DNA of 64,000 nt from Squalus acanthias (lineage: Eukaryota): positions 177,818,001-177,882,000 of the forward strand of contig CM059425.1 of assembly GCA_030390025.1 (NCBI GenBank), in the 5' to 3' direction. Shown piece after piece: positions 40,665 through 50,671 of this stretch. Made by a program: the position numbers and the translations under genes. Position 1 is the stretch's first letter. Every line of letters starts with the position of its first letter. The notes beneath the pieces are model-generated. The model ran no database searches. It was not told the DNA's origin and saw only the letters and a program-made list of their open reading frames with translations.

Positions 40665-42317
40665 TGTAAGGGGTGACCTGTGGCTCTGTGCTTAGCCTGG
40701 GTGCTAGTGCGAGGTTAGGCCTTGTTGCCTGTTCTGGTCTCCAGCCAGCCTGGTAACACTAGACACCTGTGAGTGGTTCGACCCACTCGCCCTTACGGTT
40801 CTGACACTGGACTTAGGTGCGAGAGCAATAATGCAGAGAAAACTCAGGTAGACCCGGTTGAATAGTGCGAAATGGAAAATCTTTATTGCATATTATTCAA
40901 GATTACGAGATACATGTCATAAGCACAGATTAATGACAGTACAATCTTACACACAGTTATGTAACTAATTTTAGGGAAACGAGGAGCGCATGACACATCG
41001 TAAAAGGGGGGCACACATTACAATTATCCTTAAAACTTAAACCCTCCCCTATCAATACCTGTCCTCAACTAGATTTGTAGGATCGAGACTCATGCTCACC
41101 ACTCGTGATAACTCGGAGAATTCCGAAACTCTGCTCGGATGTTTTTACCGCAGCACCTGACTATCCACGTGTTGATCAGGGGTCTCTGTACCCCACTTGT
41201 TTACTCGTTTCTGCTCCGGCTAGCAGGCTGGACCGTCTGCTGTCATGAAGATCTGTGTTGTCCTCGGAGTTCCGATACTACTCGAAGAAGAGTCTTCCTG
41301 TGCCCTCACCAGTTTGTAAAATTCAAAGAAAAGTCTTCCTGGGCAAGGAAGTGTTTATTCGACTTACAGGCGCGGTCGGGGCTTACTGACCGTGGCGATA
41401 CGTATTGTCGTCTTCTTCTCTTCTCATCTCATCTCATCTCATCTCATCTCGGGGCTTCGGTTCCAACACCGTTTACCGACTTCTCGGGATGGTGTGCCCG
41501 TTTCAAGGCCTCACAGCCCAGTTCTACACAGATCTTCGCGGCAAGCCACGAGGTTGATCCTAGCGGATCAGAGTCCAGAGCCGTCAGGCAAGAGAATAAA
41601 AGTTCAACAGTCTTCCAGCGAGTCAAAACAGCAAGAGCAGCAAGAGGCAGGTGGCAAGAGACAAGAGAGGCAAGAGAAACAAGAGACAGATGGACGGTTG
41701 TACCTTACAGTTATAGTGCTGTAATTCCTCTTTTCCCGCCCAATCTTAATGTCTATCCTTTGTCAGGTTTTGGCGCTCAAACTTCTTGTATAGGGTGATC
41801 TCCATTTTTAATGGGTTTCGGTGATACTTGTAATTGTCTGAGTACCCGTTAATACTTCTCCCATTGTGGAACCGGCCAGTATTCTCCCTGGAGGGGTTTT
41901 GGGGCTTCCAAATGCTTTCTGTAACTACCCGCAAACGGCTCTCTCATCGTAGAGTCGTGGGGATTTTGCATATTAATGTCTTTGGATGGGTTCTTGATCG
42001 CTCGGTACAATAGCCTTTATTCGCACCTGGGAGACCGATTCCAGTATTTATGTATAAAATGCAAACCCATTATGTCTTGTCAATTATCTCAAATGTGCTG
42101 AGTCCTGTACGATCTTGCACAAATGTTTATTGGAACGCCATCTTGTCTGCTCATTGAAAGTCTAGAACGTTCTGCCACGAGGCGTGGCGGCCATTTTACA
42201 GGCTGTTTGTGTCCGCTTTGAAAACCTGACAGCATTCTGCTGAAATAAAGCTGTTTGTACGAAACTTTATGTCTCCTTCTTATTTTATAAAATCGCGATA
42301 ATTTTGCGAATTCTACA
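40665..42317 (-). repeat. 3' LTR of provirus (1653 bp)
   Basis: Copy of 52482-54134; minus-strand AATAAA at 40882-87; preceded on the - strand by a short purine tract (AACAGGAGGAC). Confidence 0.97.
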
Positions 42318-42759
42318 GTCCTCCTGTTGATGCGAATAACTCTGCTTATCGTATCAAAACATTGTGGTGAGCAATATTATCTCGATTCCCCACATCCAAA
42401 AATTCCCATAACTTAAAACTATCTAGGGTCTCCGTGTCGTCCTTATTTCCCAGGAAAACTACATTCTTATAACACCGTAGGCAGCATTTGCCTTTAACTT
42501 ACACCACTTGTATTTTCCTTCCAGGTGTAACCAGGCCGATGCCTCTCGCACCACCTGCATATGCATATTTTTTATTCAAGGAAAAAGAAAACAAAAACAC
42601 CCAAACCATCATATTCAACAACACCAAACCAAAATAATCAAAACCAACTCTTAAACATGTAGAGTTCCAAACTTAATTACAGTTTCTGAGAAAAATCACG
42701 ATCGATTACAACACTTCCGAGGCGCACGTGGAAAACTGGAGTGACGCCATTTTGTCTGT

Positions 42760-45111
42760 TTACGCGGTGCTTTCATCGTGCACGCGCACGTAACGTTCTT
42801 GCCACTCTCCCGTGTTTTCGTTCTTGGTGAGGCGTTTGCCTCTCTTACAATGCACGACCAATAAGTATATCACAATAAACACTTGGCATACAACTAAAAT
42901 GTGGGAGGCTATTCTAATCCAGGAAGGCACTTCAATGTTGGTGAACAGATTCCACCACGGTGGAATTACTATGTCCAGAATTTCTGTCCCTATCTCGACA
43001 GTCTTTTGTTCTAGGGTGTAAAAATGTTTTTGCGATACCGCGACGGCTTTCAAAAGCTTGGTGAGGTGTTCAGGGAGAGGGGGAATGAGGTATCCGAAAT
43101 GCGCGACGAATCGCTGCAGGTCGGTGAAGTTCTCTTTTACAGTAAGATGAACCGTGGATGGTTCAGGGATCGGGACAATTCGCTGTTGTGCTACTTGAAC
43201 TTCCGCCCTGGGTTTGAAACAGAAACTGCTGTCACTCACCGGACACCGGCTACGGTTTCCATGTTGGTAGTGTTGCGCTGCAGTGGTAACACAATATGTT
43301 CCACCCCCGATGTATGCTACCTGCGGAGGCACATGATCTTGTGCCATTGCCTCCATGGTGCAATTCATGGGCTTGGCACCAGCCGTTCTGAACCCGCACT
43401 GTGGTGTTAAAAAGGCATTCAAGTGCTGGGGACACAGTATTATGTGTGCTCCCCGGCCACGACAACCAGAGAGATCTGTACCTGTCATCGTTTGCTCCCA
43501 GCGGATGACGTAAGGTGGAACCGCTGCATAGCGAATGTGGGCTCCCCCCTGAATGACACCAATGTTCTCTACCCGATACACCGGGGCGGGCTTTGTTGTG
43601 TCGCCCAAAACCGGTATACGTAATACTATACCCATGATGGTATGGTTTGATCGTCCGCAGTCCACGGGGACTGGGTATGCTTCTGAAGCTAGTCTGAGCT
43701 GGCACGGGTTTAATGCGTTCTGAAAAGGGTGGAGCGCCTGCAGGTGTTTGTTACTTATCCAGGACGGGACCAAACCTTGTTTTAAATCCTCCAAATTACC
43801 ACGGCCCTCGCCCAGTAACCACGCCCCGTAAAGCACGCACACCTCATTCTGCGCAGCCTGATCGGACGCATTCCGATCTTCCCTAATCAGGGCATTTACC
43901 GTACGCGCATGTTTCTCTAGTTCGGCTATTATTTCTTTTAAATGGAGAGTCATGGCCTGGTCCTCGTGTAACCCAGACCCAACCACCTTATTTTCATCTG
44001 TGAGAATGCTTTTTAATTGCGTTTTTAAGCCATTAATCTGGGTCTGCAGCTCCACGCTGTCTAGAGCGTTGACCACAGATGTACCTGTATTGAAAGCAGT
44101 GAACATGTCGTTCACAACACCCCTTCTTTGCCTCCCCACCTGACCCAAAACTTCATGTGGTGTGGTGTACAAACTTGTTTTATCAATTTCCGCGAAATCG
44201 AACTCATAAAATTGTCTAAACATCTTGGTCAACAGGACCTGATATAACTGTTCCGTCTTTTTGGGGCACCACTCTGGTAACCGCACCTCGGTGAGATTTT
44301 AAATCACCGAGGCCACCGCGTAATGTACCCCCTGAAATAGTATCTGGTCTGTGGGGACCAGTACCAAACCATTCCCGGGTCCCTTACTGGTTTTAGGGCA
44401 CCCTTCTTCCTTAGCTAGAACCACCGGAATCGTGGGCGGGGCTTTGCGTGGGCGCGTAATGAGTTCAGTGGCATTTACCGGGATCGGGGAGTATGGGGCT
44501 CCGCACCCCCTGGTGCTCGTATCCCACCTCATCCCCTGTCCGTTATCCTGCCATTGATTGATGAAAAATATGGAGATGTCTTTGGGGCAAACGTGCTTTG
44601 ACCCCCACATACATACATAAATTCCCTCATCCGGTTCCCACCATTTGTCCCAACAGACTCTCACTTGTCCGTTTGTCCCCGTAATTGTCCGATGGGTATT
44701 ATTACCCAGTCGCTCCCACTCGACCGAAGAGTTCCTCATGTTTTTGCTCAGCTTTCGTAGCCACCACCATCGGCTCAATGGGACATTCCCATTACAAGTC
44801 AAACAAATTCATTTGCCGACGGTGACGCTGACTCTGGGTGCGATGATCCTCACTTTGGGGCACATTAAAGAAGTCTCTTTGTAGGCAAAACCCGATGTAC
44901 TGGAATACTCAGTTGAATTCGTTCCCAGCCATCCTGGCCACCTTCCCTTATGGAAATAGGTGGTGGTCTCCTCAGCCTCTCGCCTTCCGGTCCCATCCAC
45001 CGCGATGGGGGCCGTGTCCCCGGAGCATCCAAACACCACGACATCCTTGGTGCGGCCTCGATAGGCCAATCCACATCCGATTGCCGCGAGCAATACTAGA
45101 ATTCGTTCCAT
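42760..45111 (-). pseudogene. env: env: single 784-codon frame with two in-frame stops (44809-11 TGA, 44299-301 TAA); signal peptide, Ig-like domain, F-type fusion protein, TM
   Basis: ORFs 44809..45111, 44299..44802 and 42760..44286 share one frame. Signal peptide MERILVLLAAIGCGLA; furin site RQRR (44122-33) followed by fusion-peptide/heptad region; Cys-rich region; TM IASHILVVCQVFIVIYLLVV. Confidence 0.88.
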
Positions 45112-45124
45112 CCTTCCTTGGTTC

Positions 45125-45150
45125 CTGTGATCAGATAGAATGAGGTAGCC
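45125..45150 (-). promoter_or_regulatory. Candidate env splice acceptor
   Basis: Minus strand cctcattctatctgatcacag|GAACC, 13 nt upstream of the env ATG at 45111. Confidence 0.55.
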
Positions 45151-45168
45151 AGCCTCCCAAGAGTCTAT

Positions 45169-45941
45169 GGGGTAAAAATTGAGTCGCGCCCCATTTGGGG
45201 CGCTAACCTCGCCGGGGCGCGACTTTTAGCGCCCCGAAAAAATTAGCGGCCCCGCGCCGGAACTTCAGTGGTTGCGCCCCAAGAGGGAAGCGGGGCGCCA
45301 CTGGAAGCACCCCGCATCCCTCTTGGGGCGCTGCGAGTGAATATCCTGGCGCTACGTGCCGCAGCGCCACGCGCTGCGGCACGTCGCGCCGCGGTATTGC
45401 AGGCCTTCCTCCCCTTCTTAAAGGGGAGGGACCCTGCGCAGCGCGAACCGGGGCCCAGCTGGGCCCCCAGGGATCGGGAGTGCCGGCAAAAGAGCCCGGC
45501 ACTCAAGAGAAGTGCCGGGCTCTTGGAGCGCAGCCGGCACTTCACGGTGGGGGGGCTTCACGGGGGCCGGGGACAGCAACGGGGGCAGGTGCTGGCAGGC
45601 GGCCAGCAACAAAAATGGCCGCCTGCCACCTCCCCTTTAAATATCGCCGCCCCGGCCGCACGTACGCCTCCCTGAACCCGTCGGACATAGCGTCTGGCGG
45701 TAAATCAGGGGGCGCGACTGAAGATCACGGCCGGGGCGCGAGCGGGGTGCTGCGCACGGCGATGACGTCATCGCCGGCGGCGCAGCGCCACAGGGCGCTA
45801 CCGGCTGCCGCCGCCGCTAACCTCCCACTAAATTTTTCGGGAGGCGTGGGCGGCGCTGCGCCCGGGCGTTAGCTGCTTTACGCCCCATTAGCGCCCTCTT
45901 AAGGCGCTAACGGGAGGAGCAAGCAGCTGAATTTTTCCCCC
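45169..45941. mobile_element. GC/CpG-rich MITE (PIF/Harbinger-type) inserted between pol and env
   Basis: TIRs GGGGTAAAAATT / GGGGGAAAAATT (11/12), 3-bp TSD TAT at 45166-68 and 45942-44, internal inverted repeats, no credible ORF. Confidence 0.85.
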
Positions 45942-46181
45942 TATGGCTTTTGTGAAGGGTGAGCGGGTCCCCTGACCTCGCCTCACGTAAGAAGACATGT
46001 GCGCTGGATAGACTTTAACTATTCCTATCTCTAAAAAACTCCCATCATTTTACCTCTTTCTGTTAAACAAAATTAAACTACCGACTTAACCTGATTTAAA
46101 ACTATAAACTTATAAACTCATCCTAAACTTATCACTCGTCTTAATAACTGTACAGTGCCGCCCGTTCCCAGGGCGGCCCAC

Positions 46182-49100
46182 TCAAATTCTGCGGTTGCTG
46201 CCGCAGGCTTCTCCCAACGGTGGGAGGGCATTGACCCCTCCCTTTGATCTGCCGCAGCCTATCGCTGCTGCGCTGGGACTGGGATCTCCCTGAGCTGCCT
46301 TGACCTTGAACTTACGTCTGGGGACATATGGGGGACTTACCCAAATCTTTCTGGGCTGGGGTTTCCGACTTGACCTACGGAGAGCTACCGGGGGCAGGAA
46401 CTCCAGGACTGACGGACCGGGTTTCGAGACTTCCAGCGTGGCGACCCGTGGTCCCACCACAGTCGCTGGCTCCGCCTCCCCTGACTCCGCCTCCCTGAAC
46501 TCGGGATCTGCAGCTTGTGGCACCGCCCTACTTGGCCCAGTAGGCGGCCCTTCACTCGCAGTCCCTACCTCCCTCGAGGGTAAGACGTTCAAGGCGGGCG
46601 GCTCGGGCTCTGAGGCTTCCATCGCCACGCCCTGTGGTCCCACCACAGCGGCTGGCTCCGCCTCCCCTAGCTCCGCTCCCCTGCGTTCGGGACCTGCAGC
46701 TTCGGCCTCCACCCTGTGTGGATCTCTATCTGCAGCCCCTGTCTCCCCTATACCTGAATCGGGGGCGACCCTTTCGTCCTCCGATTCCAGCTCCTCTTCG
46801 CTTGTGTCACTATCTTCGTTGAGCTCCTCGAGCTCTTCCTCAGCTGACTCCCAACCCAAACAAAAGATCTTACATTTTTCTAGGATGTCCTCTCCCCTGA
46901 TGCAAGCTGCTTTGCCTGCCTGTGTGCCCTGTGGCCCTACCTGGGGCTGCGAGTCCCCACTCGCAGGTTTGGCCCCTGTGGTAGGCCCTTGTGCACCCGG
47001 CTTATACAGTTCGCACTGATTTACGTGGAACCACTTAGTGCGCCGAGGTACCTTTACGGCGTATACCATGGGGCTCGCCTTATCTACAATGCTGTAGGGT
47101 CCCATATACAGTGGTTCCAGACTCCCTACTCTGGCGTAGTTTCTGACCATGACCTGGTCTCCTACTTCCCACTCCCGCTTTTTGCGGGGTTCCAGCAACA
47201 GGCGATTGCCCTGATGCTGCCTTCCCATGTTCCCAGCCGCCTGCTCGTAAACCTGCTTCAGGCGCTCCAAGAGGGTCTGGACGAACTTGTCCCTGCTTAC
47301 CTCTTGGAGCTGACCCTCAGTGAGCACCGGTGCCAGCACATGGGTGGGGGTTCGCATGATCCTCCCAGTCATCACCTCGTGCGGCGAATACCCCGTACTT
47401 TTCGACTGACTGGCCCGGACCCCCATGAGGACTAAAGGCAGAACCTCCGCCCATTTTTGGGGCGAGTTCATAGTCTCTTTCCTCAATTTCTCCTTCAGGG
47501 TCCGGTTCATGCGTTCAACAATCCCGGATGACTGGGGATTGTGCGCTACGTGCCATTTCCCTTCAATGCCCAAAAGCATGAGGGTGTTCTGCATCACCTG
47601 GCCGGTGAAATGACTCCCTTGGTCTGACTCCACAAAACAGGGGAGTCCCCACCGCGAGAACACTTCCCGGACCAAGATTTTTGCAGTACCCAGTGCCGTA
47701 GCTGTTCTACAGGGGAAGGCTTCCACCCATTTGGAAAACACATCCACCAAGACGAGGCAGTATTTATAGCCTCCCTGGGTGGTGGGCAGGGGCCCTATAT
47801 AGTCGATCTGTATCGACTGCCATGGTCCCTCTACCCTCCTGATGTGCCCCATGGGCACTTTCCTTTTCTGGGGGTCTGGGTTGTTTGCAGCGCACACGAG
47901 ACAGCTTGCACAGAACTCGCGGACCTGCTCCCTGAGCCCCGGCCACCATCCCGCTTGCTCTACCCGTTGCCAGGTAACCTCGGGCCCGGGGTGCCCTGCC
48001 CCCGGTCCCTCATGAGCCAACTGGAGGAATTCCCTCCTGTGCTGCTGCGGCACAACCCACTGCTCCTCGCGGAACAGCATGCCTTCCTTAACGGAGAGGG
48101 TTGCCGTACTGTACGGACCCTCTACCTGCTTCCCCTCAGCAAGGGTTCTGAGAACTGCTTTTAGGGCGGGATCCTGATTCTGGACGGTCTTAAGGTCTAG
48201 GGGCAATGCTACCCTGGTGTTCCCGGGATTCCCGTCCCTGCCTTGGATCGCTGCCACGGGTCTGGTCCCATAGGGGTCCCAGAAAGTGCCGTTACGGGCA
48301 CCTTCCCTGGCTAGCGCATCCGCCTGCTGGTTGCCTTCCCCACGGGGCTCTGTGGAGGAGTGAGCCTTCACCTTATGGATGAAAATCTCCCCTTCCTCCC
48401 TTACTGCTGCTAGGATCTTTTCCAGCAAGGGCTTCACCGTTAAAGGTCGTCCGTCCGCGGAGGTGTATCCACGGCGGGACCAAATGGCCAGGTATTCCGT
48501 GCATGAATTGCATGTGAACATACTGTCCGAGCAAATCGTGTATGGGGTTGGGAAAGTTTCTGGGTGGGTAACGACGTACACCACTGCAGACAGCTCAGCC
48601 TGCTGCGCGCTCATGGTGCTGGGGAGCTTAATCGCCAGGGCAAGGTTTGCCGCAGGGTCATAAACTCCGCACCCTGTGAGTCGTTCGCCAGCGGACACTG
48701 TGCTGGAACCATCAACATAAATCTCGCGCCCAGTGGGATGTATCCCGGCCCGCAAACCTATGTTGACTTCCCACACCCCTTCCACCGAACACTGGTGGGC
48801 TGTACCGGGGTATACCAAATTGGCCGCAAGCCTGGGCTCGCAAAGACCTTTAATTCTAAGATCCATCTGGGAAAGGAGAAGGGTCCAGCGCGCAATACGC
48901 ACGCTGCTTACGGTCCCATCCTTAATCCTCCCATCTAGAAGCATCTTAGTTGGTGTGTGATGGGTGAGGAGAGTGATGGGAGAGAGCCCTGTGAAGATCG
49001 CTGATCTTTTCACAGCCCAATGCGTGGCTAAAAGGTGCCTTTTGCAATTGGAGAAACTTCTCTCCACATCCGTTAACACCCTGGACGAATAGACAACCGG

Positions 49101-50624
49101 CCTCAGCTTGCCGTGACGCTCTTGGAGCAGCACAGCGCTCAAGCTGTCCCCGCTGGCAGCTACCTCCAGGAAAAATTCCTTCCCCCCATCTATGGCCCCT
49201 AAAGCTGGCGCGGTCTGCAAATCCCTTTTTAACTTCTCGAAGGCTGTCTGGCATCCCTCGTCCCAAGACCACTCCACTCCCTTATGGAGGAGTCGGAGCA
49301 GCGGCGCCGCTGTGGCCGCATAGTCTTCGATAAAATCCCTGCAGTAACCGGTCAGTCCCAAAAAGGACCTCACACCCCTTATGGTGTTGGGAATCGGTAA
49401 CTCTTGCACCGACTCCCTCCTAGCCTTATCTATGGCTCTTTCCCCAGCGCGAATGGTCAGCCCCAGGAATTTTACTTCCTGCTGACCGATACGTGCTTTC
49501 TTAGGGTTCACTTTAAAACCCTTTCTCGCTAGCAGCTCCAATAACTCGGCCAGCAGTGGTCCATGCTCCTCCCTTGAATCCGTAAATAGGAGCAAATCAT
49601 CCACGTACTGCACTATCTGATTGGGCTGACTAAACTCCTTTAAACTTCCTGCCATACACTGATGGAAAATACTGGGGCTGTTGTGGAAACCCTGTGGCAG
49701 ACAGTTCCATGTGTACTGTTGTCCTTTGAAAGTAAAGGCAAACTTGTACTGGTCCTCTCGCCGCAGCGGGATGGACCAAAAACCGTTCGAGATATCCAGC
49801 ACTGTGAACGTGGTCGCGGACGCTGGGATACTCCCTATTAGGTCAGCAACTGCTGCTACCGTGGGCGCGCAGGCGGGAATGTTACTGTTAAGGACTCTGT
49901 AGTCCACCGTGGCCCTCCATGAATTATCCGGCTTCCTAACCGGCCATAATGGGGAGTTCACGTGTGTGGCTATCGGCCTCAACACGCCCTGCTGCACCAA
50001 GGAGGACATTGCTGTCTCCATATCGGGTTCTGCTTCTTTGGGGAAGTTATACTGCTTTTGGGGCCGGGTCATGGGGTCCCCATCTACGCTGACCTCAAAC
50101 CCGGTAACCCTCCCACAATCGTGCTTGTGGGTTGCAAACGCGTGCATATTATCTGACACATACGTTTGCATGTCCGTTGGGACATCCGCGACCATAAGCC
50201 CGAGGTCGTAGCCTCCGGATGGCTTCATGGTACACAGGGCCCCTTTACCTTCCTCCCCTGGAATTACCACTACCTCGCCTTTTCCACCCTTAGCTCCCCA
50301 GAGACAGTGATTCCTGAGGTCCACGAGGATCCCGTGCCCCGATAGGAGGTCTGATCCGAGGATGCCTCTCCCACCCCCCTCTTGCCATTTCATCAGTATG
50401 CACTTCCACGTGGTGTGGAGTGCTCCTAAATGAATGGATAGCGGAATGGAGAACGCGCCAGCCTGCTCTTTTCCCGTAAACCCCGCTAATGTGAATGGGA
50501 CCTTGGTAGATAGCGGTGAGTCAAAAGGGCTATCCGTATGAATCACGGTGCATGAAGCTCCCGTGTCCAACAAATAACTACCCTTCTGTTTCTCTACCTC
50601 CATCTCCACCATGGGTCGCTTCAC
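46182..50624 (-). CDS. pol: Pol: protease - RT - tether RNase H - active RNase H - integrase - acidic tail (open frame of 1480 codons)
   Basis: LLDTGAS protease; LPQGF and YVDD (49596-49607) RT; degenerate RNase H (EVAAS/KRHLLA/LTHH); second RNase H YVDGS/QAEL/CSDS/KVKAH/GNQQADALA; integrase H..H..C..C, QIDYIGP, SDQG, VERMN, GPY. Confidence 0.97.
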   Translation of the reverse strand: MKRPMVEMEVEKQKGSYLLDTGASCTVIHTDSPFDSPLSTKVPFTLAGFTGKEQAGAFSIPLSIHLGALHTTWKCILMKWQEGGGRGILGSDLLSGHGILVDLRNHCLWGAKGGKGEVVVIPGEEGKGALCTMKPSGGYDLGLMVADVPTDMQTYVSDNMHAFATHKHDCGRVTGFEVSVDGDPMTRPQKQYNFPKEAEPDMETAMSSLVQQGVLRPIATHVNSPLWPVRKPDNSWRATVDYRVLNSNIPACAPTVAAVADLIGSIPASATTFTVLDISNGFWSIPLRREDQYKFAFTFKGQQYTWNCLPQGFHNSPSIFHQCMAGSLKEFSQPNQIVQYVDDLLLFTDSREEHGPLLAELLELLARKGFKVNPKKARIGQQEVKFLGLTIRAGERAIDKARRESVQELPIPNTIRGVRSFLGLTGYCRDFIEDYAATAAPLLRLLHKGVEWSWDEGCQTAFEKLKRDLQTAPALGAIDGGKEFFLEVAASGDSLSAVLLQERHGKLRPVVYSSRVLTDVERSFSNCKRHLLATHWAVKRSAIFTGLSPITLLTHHTPTKMLLDGRIKDGTVSSVRIARWTLLLSQMDLRIKGLCEPRLAANLVYPGTAHQCSVEGVWEVNIGLRAGIHPTGREIYVDGSSTVSAGERLTGCGVYDPAANLALAIKLPSTMSAQQAELSAVVYVVTHPETFPTPYTICSDSMFTCNSCTEYLAIWSRRGYTSADGRPLTVKPLLEKILAAVREEGEIFIHKVKAHSSTEPRGEGNQQADALAREGARNGTFWDPYGTRPVAAIQGRDGNPGNTRVALPLDLKTVQNQDPALKAVLRTLAEGKQVEGPYSTATLSVKEGMLFREEQWVVPQQHRREFLQLAHEGPGAGHPGPEVTWQRVEQAGWWPGLREQVREFCASCLVCAANNPDPQKRKVPMGHIRRVEGPWQSIQIDYIGPLPTTQGGYKYCLVLVDVFSKWVEAFPCRTATALGTAKILVREVFSRWGLPCFVESDQGSHFTGQVMQNTLMLLGIEGKWHVAHNPQSSGIVERMNRTLKEKLRKETMNSPQKWAEVLPLVLMGVRASQSKSTGYSPHEVMTGRIMRTPTHVLAPVLTEGQLQEVSRDKFVQTLLERLKQVYEQAAGNMGRQHQGNRLLLEPRKKREWEVGDQVMVRNYARVGSLEPLYMGPYSIVDKASPMVYAVKVPRRTKWFHVNQCELYKPGAQGPTTGAKPASGDSQPQVGPQGTQAGKAACIRGEDILEKCKIFCLGWESAEEELEELNEDSDTSEEELESEDERVAPDSGIGETGAADRDPHRVEAEAAGPERRGAELGEAEPAAVVGPQGVAMEASEPEPPALNVLPSREVGTASEGPPTGPSRAVPQAADPEFREAESGEAEPATVVGPRVATLEVSKPGPSVLEFLPPVALRRSSRKPQPRKIWVSPPYVPRRKFKVKAAQGDPSPSAAAIGCGRSKGGVNALPPLGEACGSNRRI

Positions 50625-50671
50625 GCATCATAGCTGAGCGGACACAGGTAGACGGGCTGTGCGGGCTCTAG

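Noticed and set aside
41139..41798. 219-aa ORF present identically in both LTRs (also 52956..53615), antisense to the provirus
   Set aside because: The identity only reflects LTR duplication. The ORF runs through TCTCA and CAAGA microrepeats (SSHLISSHL) and has no recognisable domain. An antisense accessory gene cannot be excluded but nothing supports one.
45203..45872. Cluster of 64-135 aa ORFs between pol and env suggesting accessory genes
   Set aside because: All lie within the GC-rich MITE bounded by TIRs and a TSD; the scarcity of stops is explained by base composition.
46300..47019. 239-aa Ser/Pro/Gly-rich ORF on the + strand
   Set aside because: Antisense shadow of the GC-rich pol tail, with no ATG start.
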